In this document: piece by piece, positions 18,083-27,268 of the stretch
Layout: each line of letters begins with the position of its first letter
How positions within the stretch are numbered: position 1 is the stretch's first letter
Source: a virus
Lineage: Duplodnaviria; Caudoviricetes
IMG/VR virus record: IMGVR_UViG_3300025267_003651
Coordinates: 1-32,288 of that record
Direction: 5' to 3' (one strand)
Length of the DNA: 32,288 nt
Notes under the pieces: model-generated
The model's database searches: none
What the model was told of the DNA's origin: nothing
Seen by the model: the letters and a program-made list of their open reading frames with translations, nothing else
Program-made: the position numbers and the translations under genes

Positions 18083-18940
18083 CTAGGCCGGGGTCATGCA
18101 GTCGTTGAGCCGCTTAAGGGCGGCGGCGAGTTGGCCTGCATCGCGCTCGGCCGGCGGATCGCGACTTGCATCACGCGGGGTCGCTGTCAGTTCGGAGAGG
18201 ATCTCCGAACGGTCGTGGCGGGAGACGCCGGCGCGGGCCAGGGCGGCTTCCGTTTTGCGGCGGGCCATGACGGCCCGGTCTATGGGCGAACTCGCGCTGG
18301 CGGCGGCTTCGCTGCGGTCATTGTCGATGACGTCCGCAAAGCCGTTTTCAACCGCCTCAGACGGGCCCATGAAGGTTTCGGCGTCCATCAGCTTGACGAT
18401 GGCCTGGCGCGCCATGCCGGTGCGGGCCTCGTAGATGTCGGCGATGGCGCTGTCGAAGCCGTCGAACAGGGCGGCCCCGTCGCGCATGTCGTGCCGGTTG
18501 CCGACGACGACGCCCCAGGCGTTATGGACCATCATGAATGTGCCGAGACCCATCCGGATCTCGTCGCCGGCCATGGCGATGATGGAGGCCGCGGACGCCG
18601 CCCAGCCCATGACCTCGATCGTCACCTTGGCGGGATGGTCCCGCAGCAGGTTGTAGCAGGCGATGCCTTCGAACATGTCCCCGCCCGGGGAATTGATCTT
18701 CACCGTGACGTCGTTCTTGCCGATCGACCGCAGCGCGGCGCCCAGGCGCTTGGCCGTGAACCCGCCGCCGGTCCACCAGTCTTCGCCGATCACGTCGTAG
18801 ATCGAGACGGTGTTGGCGTCGTCGGCCTCGGCCGCCTGCGGGCTCTCGGCCCACTTCGCCAAGACGTCGGACGGCGCGTCCCACTGAAAGTTGGCCGGCT
18901 TCTGAAACGCCTTGGCTTCAGGCAGATTGCGGAGGCTCAT
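18083..18940 (-). CDS. Prohead maturation protease, ClpP-like (S14)
   Basis: Contains INSPGG, AASAAS, MMVHN and MDAET. Confidence 0.93.
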   Translation of the reverse strand: MSLRNLPEAKAFQKPANFQWDAPSDVLAKWAESPQAAEADDANTVSIYDVIGEDWWTGGGFTAKRLGAALRSIGKNDVTVKINSPGGDMFEGIACYNLLRDHPAKVTIEVMGWAASAASIIAMAGDEIRMGLGTFMMVHNAWGVVVGNRHDMRDGAALFDGFDSAIADIYEARTGMARQAIVKLMDAETFMGPSEAVENGFADVIDNDRSEAAASASSPIDRAVMARRKTEAALARAGVSRHDRSEILSELTATPRDASRDPPAERDAGQLAAALKRLNDCMTPA

Positions 18941-19015
18941 TTCGACACCGGGGACGTGGCCTGGGGCCGGCTGACGACGCCGCCCGCCAACGCGCCAGCG
19001 GGGCGCGGGACGGGC

Positions 19016-20293
19016 TTAACTATCGCGGGGCGGCTGGTCGGGGTCATCCCGCTCTCCTTCGCTGGGCTGATCGACTTGGATCATGGGGTTTTCGTAGACG
19101 TCGCCGCCGTCGATCGGGTTCAGGTCTTCGAGGGCGCGAACGTCGTTCGCCGAATAGACCTTCATCTGGCGGCCCTTCATGTAGGCATCCCAGCGGGCCT
19201 TGATATCGCCCTTGACCAGGGCGGCGCGGTTGAAGCGCGCGTACATGGTGGGCTCGGCGTCGGGGACCAGGTCCCTGTTGATCGCCTCCTCCCACATGGT
19301 CAGGTGATCTTCGAGCGTATAGGCGACGAAGCCGATCGACTGCTGCTCGATCCCCGTGCCCCAGCTGGTCGACTTCTCTGTGTCGCCGATCATGTGCGGC
19401 GGGACGCCAAAGAACATGGCGATGTCGGTGCGGGAGAACTTGCGCGACTCGATCCACTGAGCGTCCTCCGCCGTCATGGCGATGCGCGCATAGGTCATGG
19501 CCTCTTCGAGGATGAGGTGCTTGCCCTCCTTCTCGCCACCGGCCCGGAAGTCGTCCAGACTGCTGCGAAGGGTCTCGACACCTTCCTTGCCCAGCCTTCC
19601 CGGATGGGAGAGGACGCCGCTGACCCGCGCACCGTTGCGGAAAGTCGTCGCGCCATGGTCTTCCATCGCCAGCGATAGACCGATGGTCTCCCGCGCATAG
19701 GTCAGGGCCGAAACGCCGTTGACGCCGTCCAGGGTCAGGCCGACCAGGTCGAACACGTCGGCCTGCTGCAGCGGAACTCGCCGCCCATCCTTGCGGGTGT
19801 AGGTATAGCGGATCGACAGGTCGGCCAGCTGCTCACGCTCCACGCGATCGGGGTGCAGCGGGATCAGCTCACGGACCTCCTCGCGCGAGACCACCTTCAT
19901 GGCGAAGGCATTGCCGCGCAGCAGGAGGTGGGCCTGCATCATTCGGCGGAACTGCGACGGCGTCTGCCAACGGTTCGGCTTGCGGCGGATCAGGCGCCAG
20001 AGGGAATGGTCAGAGGCGTCCTCGCGGGTCCGCGCGTCCACCCGGCGCTTGATGTCCAGGGGCAGGGTCGCCACCGCGCCCGAGATGATCCGGACGCAGG
20101 CATAGACCGTCGCGACGCGCATCGCCGAATTTGGCGTGACGCTGGCGCCCGAGACCGAGAGGCCGCCCGTCCGCAGGGCGTCGGCCAGCTGGTCCGAGGT
20201 CGCGATCAGAACGCCGCCGCCCTGGTCCTGATAGGACGCCCGCGGCTGCGCTGCGGCGGGCTCACTCGCCCACGGCCATTTCCAAAGCGCCAT
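19016..20293 (-). CDS. Portal protein, HK97 family
   Basis: Contains VYACVRIIS, PNRWQT, LLRGNAF and FGVPPHMIG. Confidence 0.96.
   Translation of the reverse strand: MALWKWPWASEPAAAQPRASYQDQGGGVLIATSDQLADALRTGGLSVSGASVTPNSAMRVATVYACVRIISGAVATLPLDIKRRVDARTREDASDHSLWRLIRRKPNRWQTPSQFRRMMQAHLLLRGNAFAMKVVSREEVRELIPLHPDRVEREQLADLSIRYTYTRKDGRRVPLQQADVFDLVGLTLDGVNGVSALTYARETIGLSLAMEDHGATTFRNGARVSGVLSHPGRLGKEGVETLRSSLDDFRAGGEKEGKHLILEEAMTYARIAMTAEDAQWIESRKFSRTDIAMFFGVPPHMIGDTEKSTSWGTGIEQQSIGFVAYTLEDHLTMWEEAINRDLVPDAEPTMYARFNRAALVKGDIKARWDAYMKGRQMKVYSANDVRALEDLNPIDGGDVYENPMIQVDQPSEGERDDPDQPPRDS
19136..19150. repeat. Dispersed palindrome copy 5 (GCGAACGTCGTTCGC), inside the portal gene
   Basis: Perfect arms with a GTC spacer; encodes A-N-D-V-R. 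Confidence 0.85.
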
Positions 20294-20303
20294 CAGATCT
20301 CCT

Positions 20304-21989
20304 TCAGAGCACCAGGAGCCCGCGCTCGGCGTAGACGGAGTTCCCAGTGCTTTCGGGATTCCGGCTCATCAGCATGGCGGCGTTGAACAGGGCGACCAGC
20401 GGGTCGATCTTGGCCCGGCCGGCCGATTGCTTCGTGATCAGGACCGCCCCGCCCCGCACCTCGGCCTTCGCGTTGCCGACACACCAGGTCATCAGGGGCG
20501 AGCCGCCATGGCGGAAGGTGCGGTTTTTGAGCTTGATCTCCATGCCCCAGCTGGCCGGGGCGAGCGCCGCGCCCTGGCGGACAGCCGATAGGATCTCGCC
20601 CGCGATCCTGCGCTCAGCCAGCTCATCGACCAGGGCGCTGATCGCGAAGGGGTCGAGGCCGATCCCGTACTTTTCCGGGAAGAGCCCGAGCCCATAGATG
20701 CGTTCAAGGATCTCGGAAGCCTCGCGGATCGGCGCGAGGGGGTCTTCGGAGATCACCAGATCGCCGGCCTCAGCCAGGTCCTGCAGCTTGCTGGCGATGT
20801 CCTTCCGACGGACAAGAACGTCGTCGTGCGCCCAGGCCCGGCCCCAGGCCAGCCAGTCGCGAGTGTCGCGGCACCGGCCGATAACGCCCAGGCCGAACAG
20901 GTCATCCAGGCCGCCGCCGTCGATGCCGGCCACCACCACCTCGGAGCGGCGCAGAATCTCGTCCAGCGTCAGGCTCGCGTCGGCGGCGCCTTCCCAATAG
21001 TCGGCGCCGGCCCATCGGTCATTGGCCAGCTTCAGGCCGATCTCGACGTTCAGGTGTTTGGCCAGGAAGGTCTGCTTTTCCCCGCCCGTGGCGTGGACAA
21101 CCTTGCGAAGCTCGCTCTCCAGCCAGGCCAGGTCCACCGACCGACCGAGGTTGGGATTGGTGATGTAGAAGTTCGCCGACAGCAGATAGGCCTCAGCCTC
21201 GATCATGGCCTCGGGAAACTCGTAGATGACCGGCAGGCTCTGCGGATCGTCGATCTGGCCGTCGCGCACCTGGCGGAAGTAGGTCAGCTTCGCCTTGAAG
21301 ACGCCGGCCGGCTCCTCGTCGGACTGGGTGCTGGCCCAGATGATGAAGCCCTCGGGCCGCGAGACCAGGCCGCCCGTCGCCTCTCGCAGCATGGCGTCGG
21401 CCTTGGGCCGCTTGCCGAACACCCAGAGTTCGTCGACGAAGACGAAGCCGGCCTTCTTGCCTGAGATCGTCTCGGCGTCGGCGGCGACCACCTTCAGGAC
21501 CGCCGAGGTGCGCCGATGGGTGATCGTGCGGGTGTGTTCCTGGATGTGCATCAGCACAATCAGCTCGGGATCCTCGCGGACCATGTCACGGGCCGGCTGG
21601 AAGGCGTTGTTCGCCACCTCCAGGGTGGGCGCGAGCAGCAGCAGCTCGGCGGAGTGGCGCCAGTTCCGGACCAGGGCCGTGACCATGATGCCGGCCGCCA
21701 GGGTGGACTTGGAGTTCTTCTTGCTGATCAGTAGAAAGAACTCGCGGATCAGGCGACGGCCGGTCGCCGCGTCATAGGCCCCGAAGATCGCGGCCACGAA
21801 GTCGAACACCCAGGGCTCGCAGGCCTCGCCGAAGGTCGGCTTGCCGGGCGCGTCGACGATCCGCAGGGACTTGAAGACCGCCAACGCCTCGGCCGCCTCG
21901 TCGGCGAACAGCGGCGACGGGATCAGCGAGCGGCGGGTGACGATCCGGTCCCGCCAGTCGGGACACGCTGTCGTCCAGGTGGGCGTCAT
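20304..21989 (-). CDS. terL: Terminase large subunit
   Basis: Walker A-like ISKKNSKST, Walker B VFVDE, nuclease motifs GIDGGGLDD and KIDPLVA. Confidence 0.95.
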   Translation of the reverse strand: MTPTWTTACPDWRDRIVTRRSLIPSPLFADEAAEALAVFKSLRIVDAPGKPTFGEACEPWVFDFVAAIFGAYDAATGRRLIREFFLLISKKNSKSTLAAGIMVTALVRNWRHSAELLLLAPTLEVANNAFQPARDMVREDPELIVLMHIQEHTRTITHRRTSAVLKVVAADAETISGKKAGFVFVDELWVFGKRPKADAMLREATGGLVSRPEGFIIWASTQSDEEPAGVFKAKLTYFRQVRDGQIDDPQSLPVIYEFPEAMIEAEAYLLSANFYITNPNLGRSVDLAWLESELRKVVHATGGEKQTFLAKHLNVEIGLKLANDRWAGADYWEGAADASLTLDEILRRSEVVVAGIDGGGLDDLFGLGVIGRCRDTRDWLAWGRAWAHDDVLVRRKDIASKLQDLAEAGDLVISEDPLAPIREASEILERIYGLGLFPEKYGIGLDPFAISALVDELAERRIAGEILSAVRQGAALAPASWGMEIKLKNRTFRHGGSPLMTWCVGNAKAEVRGGAVLITKQSAGRAKIDPLVALFNAAMLMSRNPESTGNSVYAERGLLVL

Positions 21990-22456
21990 CAGTTCAGCTT
22001 GGGCGCCGGCGGGGTGGCGTACCGCCCTTCAACCAGCATCGCCGCTGCCTGGCGCTCCTCCTTCTTGCCGAGCGGCGCCTCCCGCGGCTCCTGCGGCGTG
22101 CGGTTGCGAACCGATCGGTCTGCCTCCCGCTCCTCACCCTTGGCGAACTCTTCGCGGACATATCGGGCGGCGCTTGTCTTGCCCGCCATCGCCTCCGCGA
22201 ACTGCTTCTCCAGCAGCAGCGCCCTGGCCAGAGCTGGGCCGTCATTGAGCTCTCGAAAATAATACTTCCGCAAGGTGGGTGCGCTTAGCCCCACGCGGGT
22301 TGCAATCTGCTCCTCAGTCGCGCCGCCGGCCCGAAGAACTGCAACCTTTTCCGCTATTTGTGGGATTCTCTTGTGCCTCTTGCGCCCTCGCGGGTCCCGC
22401 GGCGCGACCCACGGATCGCCGAACAGGTCCTTCGGTCCCTCGGATTCCTCAGCCAT
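21989..22456 (-). CDS. terS: Terminase small subunit
   Basis: [26 protein letters not shown]; lies immediately upstream of terL. Confidence 0.8.
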   Translation of the reverse strand: MAEESEGPKDLFGDPWVAPRDPRGRKRHKRIPQIAEKVAVLRAGGATEEQIATRVGLSAPTLRKYYFRELNDGPALARALLLEKQFAEAMAGKTSAARYVREEFAKGEEREADRSVRNRTPQEPREAPLGKKEERQAAAMLVEGRYATPPAPKLN

Positions 22457-22546
22457 CAGAAATAAAATCCCTGAGTGAAAGGGGGCGCGGTCTCCGAAGG
22501 AGGGGGTCCCCAGACTTTTGCCCCCCCGGGGGTCGGCCGGGCCGGG
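22457..22546 (-). other. Probable cos / packaging region
   Basis: Gap between HNH and terS containing GGGGGGGCAAAAGTCTGG...GACCGCG, the arrangement typical of HK97-like HNH-dependent cos phages. Confidence 0.55.
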
Positions 22547-22924
22547 TCAGGTCCAGACGCCGCGATGGTGCAGGCTGGCCTGCTCTTCGCGCTGGATCTC
22601 GCCGTCGTGGACCGCCTTGGTCACCGTCTCCAGGTTGTCGGAATCCCAGAACAGCCGCTCGTCGCCGCGATGCGGGCGCTTGTGGTTGACCGTCGGGCTG
22701 TCGGGCGCCGGGTACTTCCCGCCGCAGATCACCCCGGTGCGCTGGCAGGTGTAATTGTCCCGAACCAGCACCTCCAGGCGCAGGGCGCGCCAGCGGGCGG
22801 TCTTGTACCACTTGCGCCAGGGCTCATCCCGCTGGGGCGCCGCCCTCGCCTCGCCATTCGGCGCAGCACCCAGCCTGGCAGGGGCTTGCTGCAGGCGAGA
22901 GGGGGCCGAGGTCAGCTTACCCAC
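22547..22924 (-). CDS. HNH endonuclease (HK97 gp74-like terminase cofactor)
   Basis: Contains WYKTARWRALR, RDNYTC, VNHKRPHRGD and LFWDSDNL; lies upstream of terS. Confidence 0.88.
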   Translation of the reverse strand: MGKLTSAPSRLQQAPARLGAAPNGEARAAPQRDEPWRKWYKTARWRALRLEVLVRDNYTCQRTGVICGGKYPAPDSPTVNHKRPHRGDERLFWDSDNLETVTKAVHDGEIQREEQASLHHRGVWT

Positions 22925-22944
22925 GGGCGCGCCCGCCCAGACAT

Positions 22945-22959
22945 GCGAACGGCGTTCGC
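22945..22959. repeat. Dispersed palindrome copy 6 (GCGAACGGCGTTCGC), in the late operon leader
   Basis: Read directly from the sequence; on the minus strand it shares 19 nt (CAACGCGAACGCCGTTCGC) with copy 8. Confidence 0.9.
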
Positions 22960-22986
22960 GTTGAGAGTGTGGAGGGGTGGTGAACG

Positions 22987-23021
22987 GCTACCGCACCGGG
23001 GCTCAAGAGAGGTCCGGTGCG
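22987..23021 (-). promoter_or_regulatory. Hairpin plus ops-like element (GCGGTAGC) at the head of the late operon
   Basis: 8-bp stem CGCACCGG/CCGGTGCG running into GCGGTAGC, immediately after the NusG-like gene. Confidence 0.45.
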
Positions 23022-23023
23022 CA

Positions 23024-23572
23024 TCAGTTTGTCTGCGGCTTCGCAGGGGCATCGCCCAACCGCCTGATATCGACCGTATGGACCGAATCACGCCCTAGAA
23101 GCCCTGAAACTAGGATCATCACGCGGCGCGCGTCAACACGCTCCGTCACCAGGGCGTCGACCAGGTCATCCAGGACCACCCGCTGCCCCGGCTCGAACGA
23201 CCGCGTGACGGTGTCCTCCGCCAGGCCCAGGCGGATATAGCCGCCATCTTCACGGGCCATGATCCGCTTCACGAACACATCCTTGACCGGCGACACGTAG
23301 CCCCCGCTCAGGCTGCAGCCCAGCACGCCGGCCACCCCATAGGTGGAGAAGATCTCACGCCAGTCATCGACCCGCTGCGGCACCCGGACGAACAGGTAGT
23401 TCATCAGGAACGGCTTGGCGCTGACCACCCCGTTCCGCTCGAAGAGCTGCATGGGCAGGTAGACCGGGTAGCCCTGCCGAACCAGCTCGCTCTTGGCCCG
23501 CACCGGCTGGCCGGGCTTGGCCTGAACGCAGATCCAGACCGTGTTCGGGGCGAAGTCGTCGAGGGCGGTCAT
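23024..23572 (-). CDS. NusG/RfaH-family transcription antiterminator (occupies the lambda Q position)
   Basis: NGN motifs WICVQAKPG, VYLPM, PFLMNYLFV and IFSTYGVAGVL, plus KOW-like FEPGQRVVL. Alternative start at 23638. Confidence 0.85.
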   Translation of the reverse strand: MTALDDFAPNTVWICVQAKPGQPVRAKSELVRQGYPVYLPMQLFERNGVVSAKPFLMNYLFVRVPQRVDDWREIFSTYGVAGVLGCSLSGGYVSPVKDVFVKRIMAREDGGYIRLGLAEDTVTRSFEPGQRVVLDDLVDALVTERVDARRVMILVSGLLGRDSVHTVDIRRLGDAPAKPQTN

Positions 23573-23634
23573 GTTCGGAGGTCCTGCTGGGGTCTGGTCG
23601 GGAAGCGTCGTCGCGGGCGGTCTGAGGCCTGGGC

Positions 23635-24606
23635 TCATGGCGACCTGGCCAGCGTCACGCCGGCGGCCCGCAAGGCCGGCCCCAGCTCCCGCTCCACCGT
23701 GGTCACGGCAAACCCGGTCCGCAGGCTCAGCGTCCGCGCCGCCCCGTCCCACTGGGCGTCCCGCAGCCAGCTCGCCCGCCAGGCCGGCGTCCTGGCCGCA
23801 AACACCGCCTCGACCTCGTCGGGCAGGGTCAGCGCCGCCCCACGCCCAGCCTGCGGCGCCGCAGGCCCCGCCGCCGGCTCCGGCAACCAGCCCCGATAGC
23901 GCCCCTCGCCCAGCCAGCGCTGCAGGCCGACTGGCCCAAAGTCCCGTTTCTTGAGGATCGGATCGGCCGCGTATCGGGCCGCCGCCGCCGGCAGGGCCGC
24001 CACGTCCACGCCGGTCTCGAACAGCCGGATCAGCGCGGCCCAGGCCTGCTCCTGGACGGTGAACCCCAGGCCCTTCTGCGGATAGGCGGCCTCGATGGCG
24101 GCGAACACCGCCTCCAGCCCCTGCCCCGGCCCCCCTTGACCGCGAGCATCGCGATCGCGCGCGCGCTCAGAAGAGTCGTCAGACTCTTCTGTAGGTTCCT
24201 TAGGTTCATATACGGGTGCAGCCAGTTGCACCCCAAAACGCGAATTCTTGCACCCCAAATCCGCCTCGGGTGCAGAATTTGCACCCCAAATCTTGCGCTC
24301 ATCCAGGCCCTTCACACCGGGCGCCAGGCGATAGATCGGCACCGGCCGGGGATAGCGCCCCTCGGTCATGTGCTCCTTGCCGGTGCGCTCGATCAGGCCC
24401 GCGCCTTCCAGGTCCCGCAGCCGCGTCTGCACCGTCCGTTCGGACACGTTGACGCTGACCGCCAGGGTCTTGACCTTGGCCCAGCCACAGCACTCCGCGT
24501 CTGCGAACTGGGCGAGCTTGTAGAGAATGAACTTGGACACCGGGTCCAGCTCGCCCCGGTCGTCCACCCAGGCCAGCAGCCGTTCCTTGACGCCAGACCC
24601 GCTCAT
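23635..24606 (-). CDS. Replication initiator (HTH_36, lambda O-like)
   Basis: N-terminal wHTH (KFILYKLAQFAD...SERTVQTRLRDLEGAGLI), internal iterons and a C-terminal AYP...LQRWL domain. Confidence 0.8.
   Translation of the reverse strand: MSGSGVKERLLAWVDDRGELDPVSKFILYKLAQFADAECCGWAKVKTLAVSVNVSERTVQTRLRDLEGAGLIERTGKEHMTEGRYPRPVPIYRLAPGVKGLDERKIWGANSAPEADLGCKNSRFGVQLAAPVYEPKEPTEESDDSSERARDRDARGQGGPGQGLEAVFAAIEAAYPQKGLGFTVQEQAWAALIRLFETGVDVAALPAAAARYAADPILKKRDFGPVGLQRWLGEGRYRGWLPEPAAGPAAPQAGRGAALTLPDEVEAVFAARTPAWRASWLRDAQWDGAARTLSLRTGFAVTTVERELGPALRAAGVTLARSP
24214..24290. repeat. Iteron cluster / probable replication origin
   Basis: TTGCACCCCAAA three times (24226, 24248, 24279); two copies form GGGTGCA-N5/6-TGCACCC palindromes; lies next to an AT-richer patch. 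Confidence 0.8.
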
Positions 24607-25154
24607 GGCGGGCCATCCCCGGCCGCGCCCTCGCCGGCCAGCAAGGCCGCCTGCAACGCCGCGCCCGTCCGCGTCAGCCGCCAGCGCACCGGACGCCCGC
24701 GCCCCTCGGCCTTGCCCTCCAGGCAGGCCAGGCCCTGGCTCAGCAGCGAGCGCAGCCCATCGCCGGTCCGCGCCGAGTTCAGCGCCGGCGAAAGCCCATC
24801 GGCCGCCAGCGCCGCCACCACCTCGCCCACCACGAACGCCCGGGCCAGCGGACAGGCCGCCAGCACCCGCCGCACCTTCGGCCCAGGCCCCCGCCGCACG
24901 CCGATGGACGCTGACGGCCCCATCTCCCGGCTGGCCGGATGGCCGAACGCCGCCAACGGCGCGCCCGCCTCATAGGCCTCCTCAGGGTCCAGATCGGCCA
25001 GCAGCCCCCAGGCGAACGCCTTGACCGCCGCAGGGTCCAGCCGCACGCACAGGGCCGGCGCAGCGCCCCGCTCGCCCGCCCCCAGCACCGTCACCAGGAC
25101 CCGGCCGTCCTCCAAAACCTGATGGCGCAACCGCGCCGATACGCCCCCACTCAT
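24603..25154 (-). CDS. Hypothetical protein, possible C-terminal winged helix
   Basis: ATGA-coupled to the initiator gene; C-terminal LLSQGLA...WRLTRTG. Confidence 0.6.
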   Translation of the reverse strand: MSGGVSARLRHQVLEDGRVLVTVLGAGERGAAPALCVRLDPAAVKAFAWGLLADLDPEEAYEAGAPLAAFGHPASREMGPSASIGVRRGPGPKVRRVLAACPLARAFVVGEVVAALAADGLSPALNSARTGDGLRSLLSQGLACLEGKAEGRGRPVRWRLTRTGAALQAALLAGEGAAGDGPP

Positions 25155-25161
25155 GATCGCC

Positions 25162-26277
25162 TCAGGTCCGCAGACCTATGATCACGAAGGTCGCCGCCTC
25201 ATCGGCTGGGTCGAGAATCTTCAGGGGGTCATTCGCCCCACCTAGCTCCATCACCACGCGCTCGCCGCCGATCACGCCGACGATCTCCCGCAACAGCGTG
25301 CCGTTGAAGCCAATGGCTTGGGCCTCGCCGTTGTATTCGACCTCCAGCGTCTCCTCGGCGTCACCGCCGTTGCCATCCCGGGCCGTCAGCACCGCCTGCC
25401 CTGAGGCCAGATCCAGCCGCACCGCCCTGACCTTGTCCGTCGTGACCAGGACCACGCGCTTTAGGCCGGTGGCCAGGTCCGTCTGATCGCACTCCAGCCG
25501 CCAGGGATTATCCCGCGGGATGACGCGGCCGTAGTCGGGATAGGACCCGTCGATCAGCTTTGTGATGATCTCGACGGCCGCCGTGCGCAGCCGAAACAGC
25601 CGCCCGTCTGTCCAGATGTCCACCGGGCCACCCATGTCGCCCAGCGCTCGCCGGATCTCGCCGACCGCCTTGCGTGGCAGGATGACGCCCGGCGCATCAA
25701 CCCAACCGTCCGGACACGGCGCGACCAATCGGGCCAGGCGCGCGCCGTCCGTCGCGACCGCCACCAGCTGGCCGTCCAGAACGTGCAGATAGAGGCCGCA
25801 GAGATAGTACCGGGTCTCGTCGGAACTCATGGACGGGCCGACCTTGTCCAGCATCTTGGCCAGGACGCGGGCCTCAATCTGCGCCTCAGACCCCGCCCCG
25901 CCCTTGTCCAGGTGCGGGAAGGCGGCCGGATCATTGGTCGGCACCTGATACCTGGACCGACCACACCGCACGGTCAGCCGCGCCGGCGCGGCCTGCTGGA
26001 TCAGCGACACCTGCCCGCCAGCCGGCAGGTTGCGGAAGATGTCGTGCAGCCGCGTGGCCGATGCGGTCAGGATGCCCGGGCTCTCCACTTCGGCCGGAAA
26101 CGCCGCCCGGGCCTCCATGTCCATGTCGGTCCCGGAAAGGCGGATCTCGCCCTCGCCCACCTCCACCAGCAGGTCCTGCAGGATGGGGATGGTGGTCCGG
26201 CTGGCGACGACCGACTGGACGCGCGCGATGGCCGCCACCGCCGCGTCCCGCTCCACTGTTGCTTTGAGCGTCGCCAT
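25162..26277 (-). CDS. dnaN: DNA polymerase III beta sliding clamp (phage-encoded)
   Basis: 371 aa with RTTIPIL, GTDMD, DETRYYLCG, VATDGARLA, VILPRKAV, KLIDGSYPDYGRVIP and IGFN. Confidence 0.95.
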   Translation of the reverse strand: MATLKATVERDAAVAAIARVQSVVASRTTIPILQDLLVEVGEGEIRLSGTDMDMEARAAFPAEVESPGILTASATRLHDIFRNLPAGGQVSLIQQAAPARLTVRCGRSRYQVPTNDPAAFPHLDKGGAGSEAQIEARVLAKMLDKVGPSMSSDETRYYLCGLYLHVLDGQLVAVATDGARLARLVAPCPDGWVDAPGVILPRKAVGEIRRALGDMGGPVDIWTDGRLFRLRTAAVEIITKLIDGSYPDYGRVIPRDNPWRLECDQTDLATGLKRVVLVTTDKVRAVRLDLASGQAVLTARDGNGGDAEETLEVEYNGEAQAIGFNGTLLREIVGVIGGERVVMELGGANDPLKILDPADEAATFVIIGLRT

Positions 26278-26495
26278 CAGTCGTAATCCGCGTCAAAACC
26301 GCCATCGCCGGCGACCTGACCCTGCAGGTCGTCCAGCGCGATCAGGGCAGCCTCGCCCCAGGTCTGCGCCCATTCGGCAAACAGCGCCTCTTGCGCCGCC
26401 TTGGGCGCAGCCGCGGCCGCGTCCAGCGCGTGCCGCGCATCCTTCAGCGGTTCGTCCAGGGTGAGGTCCCTGACCGTCGTCGTCATCGCGCTCAT
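26277..26495 (-). CDS. Small hypothetical protein
   Basis: 72 aa, translationally coupled on both sides. Confidence 0.65.
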   Translation of the reverse strand: MSAMTTTVRDLTLDEPLKDARHALDAAAAAPKAAQEALFAEWAQTWGEAALIALDDLQGQVAGDGGFDADYD

Positions 26496-27268
26496 GGCGC
26501 GTCTCCTTCTGGTGAAAACAGGTCCGGCCCCTTGGGCCGTGCGCCGAACAGTCGGGCGTCGTCAGGCCGCTCCAACTGCTCGCGAATCCGGTACGGGATG
26601 CCGAAGTCCGGCAGGCCGGCCCAGCCGACCTGTTGCTGCAGGACGCGGCGGACCTCCGTCAGCCACGCCGGCTCCGCCTCGGGACGCATCCAGAGGTACC
26701 AGGCATAGCCCGTCGCGGTTCCGCCCGAGACCTCCCAGCGGCCCAGGTGCATCGGCGCCCGCCGGAAGAACGTGGCCTTGCAGGACGCTGGCCGACCCCC
26801 GAAGAACAGCGGCTCGCGCCCCTCCGTCTCGAAGAAGCCCGCCCGCGCCAGGATCGCCACCCCGCGCTTGGCGCGACGAAGTCCGGTCTCGACGAACTCA
26901 GCCGCCTTGCTGAACGGCGGGTTGGTGATGATCCAGTCGACGTCCTCGCAGCGCGTGGCTGGATCGAGAAAGTCGAGCACCATGCTCTGACCGGGCCAGC
27001 CGTGGTCATGAATGTCCGTCGCCACGACCAGGTCGAAATAGTCGGCTAAGCCATGGGCCATGTGCCCCTGACCGCAGGCTGGCTCCCAGCACGTCCGGGC
27101 GTCGGGATCGATCCGCGTGATCAGCTCGCCCCCGGCCCGCGCGGCCCAGGGCGGCGTGGGGAAGAACTCCAGCCGCCGCCACAGGGCCACCTGGTCGGAG
27201 TCGGCCTCCACCTCGCCCCGCGCCCGGTCGGCCATCACGGCCCCGGCGCCCTCCGGCCGCCCGCTCAT
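26492..27268 (-). CDS. Orphan SAM-dependent amino-(N6A/N4C) DNA methyltransferase
   Basis: Contains FFPTPPW, SAM motif WEPACGQGHM and catalytic ITNPPF. Confidence 0.85.
   Translation of the reverse strand: MSGRPEGAGAVMADRARGEVEADSDQVALWRRLEFFPTPPWAARAGGELITRIDPDARTCWEPACGQGHMAHGLADYFDLVVATDIHDHGWPGQSMVLDFLDPATRCEDVDWIITNPPFSKAAEFVETGLRRAKRGVAILARAGFFETEGREPLFFGGRPASCKATFFRRAPMHLGRWEVSGGTATGYAWYLWMRPEAEPAWLTEVRRVLQQQVGWAGLPDFGIPYRIREQLERPDDARLFGARPKGPDLFSPEGDAP

Noticed and set aside
9449-20293. Gene transfer agent cluster
   Set aside because: Some tail genes are GTA-like, but CI/Cro, an initiator with origin, HNH/cos and a lysis cassette indicate a genuine temperate phage.
25162-26277. Chromosomal dnaN / oriC region
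   Set aside because: No dnaA, recF or gyrB neighbours; the gene is embedded in the phage early operon.
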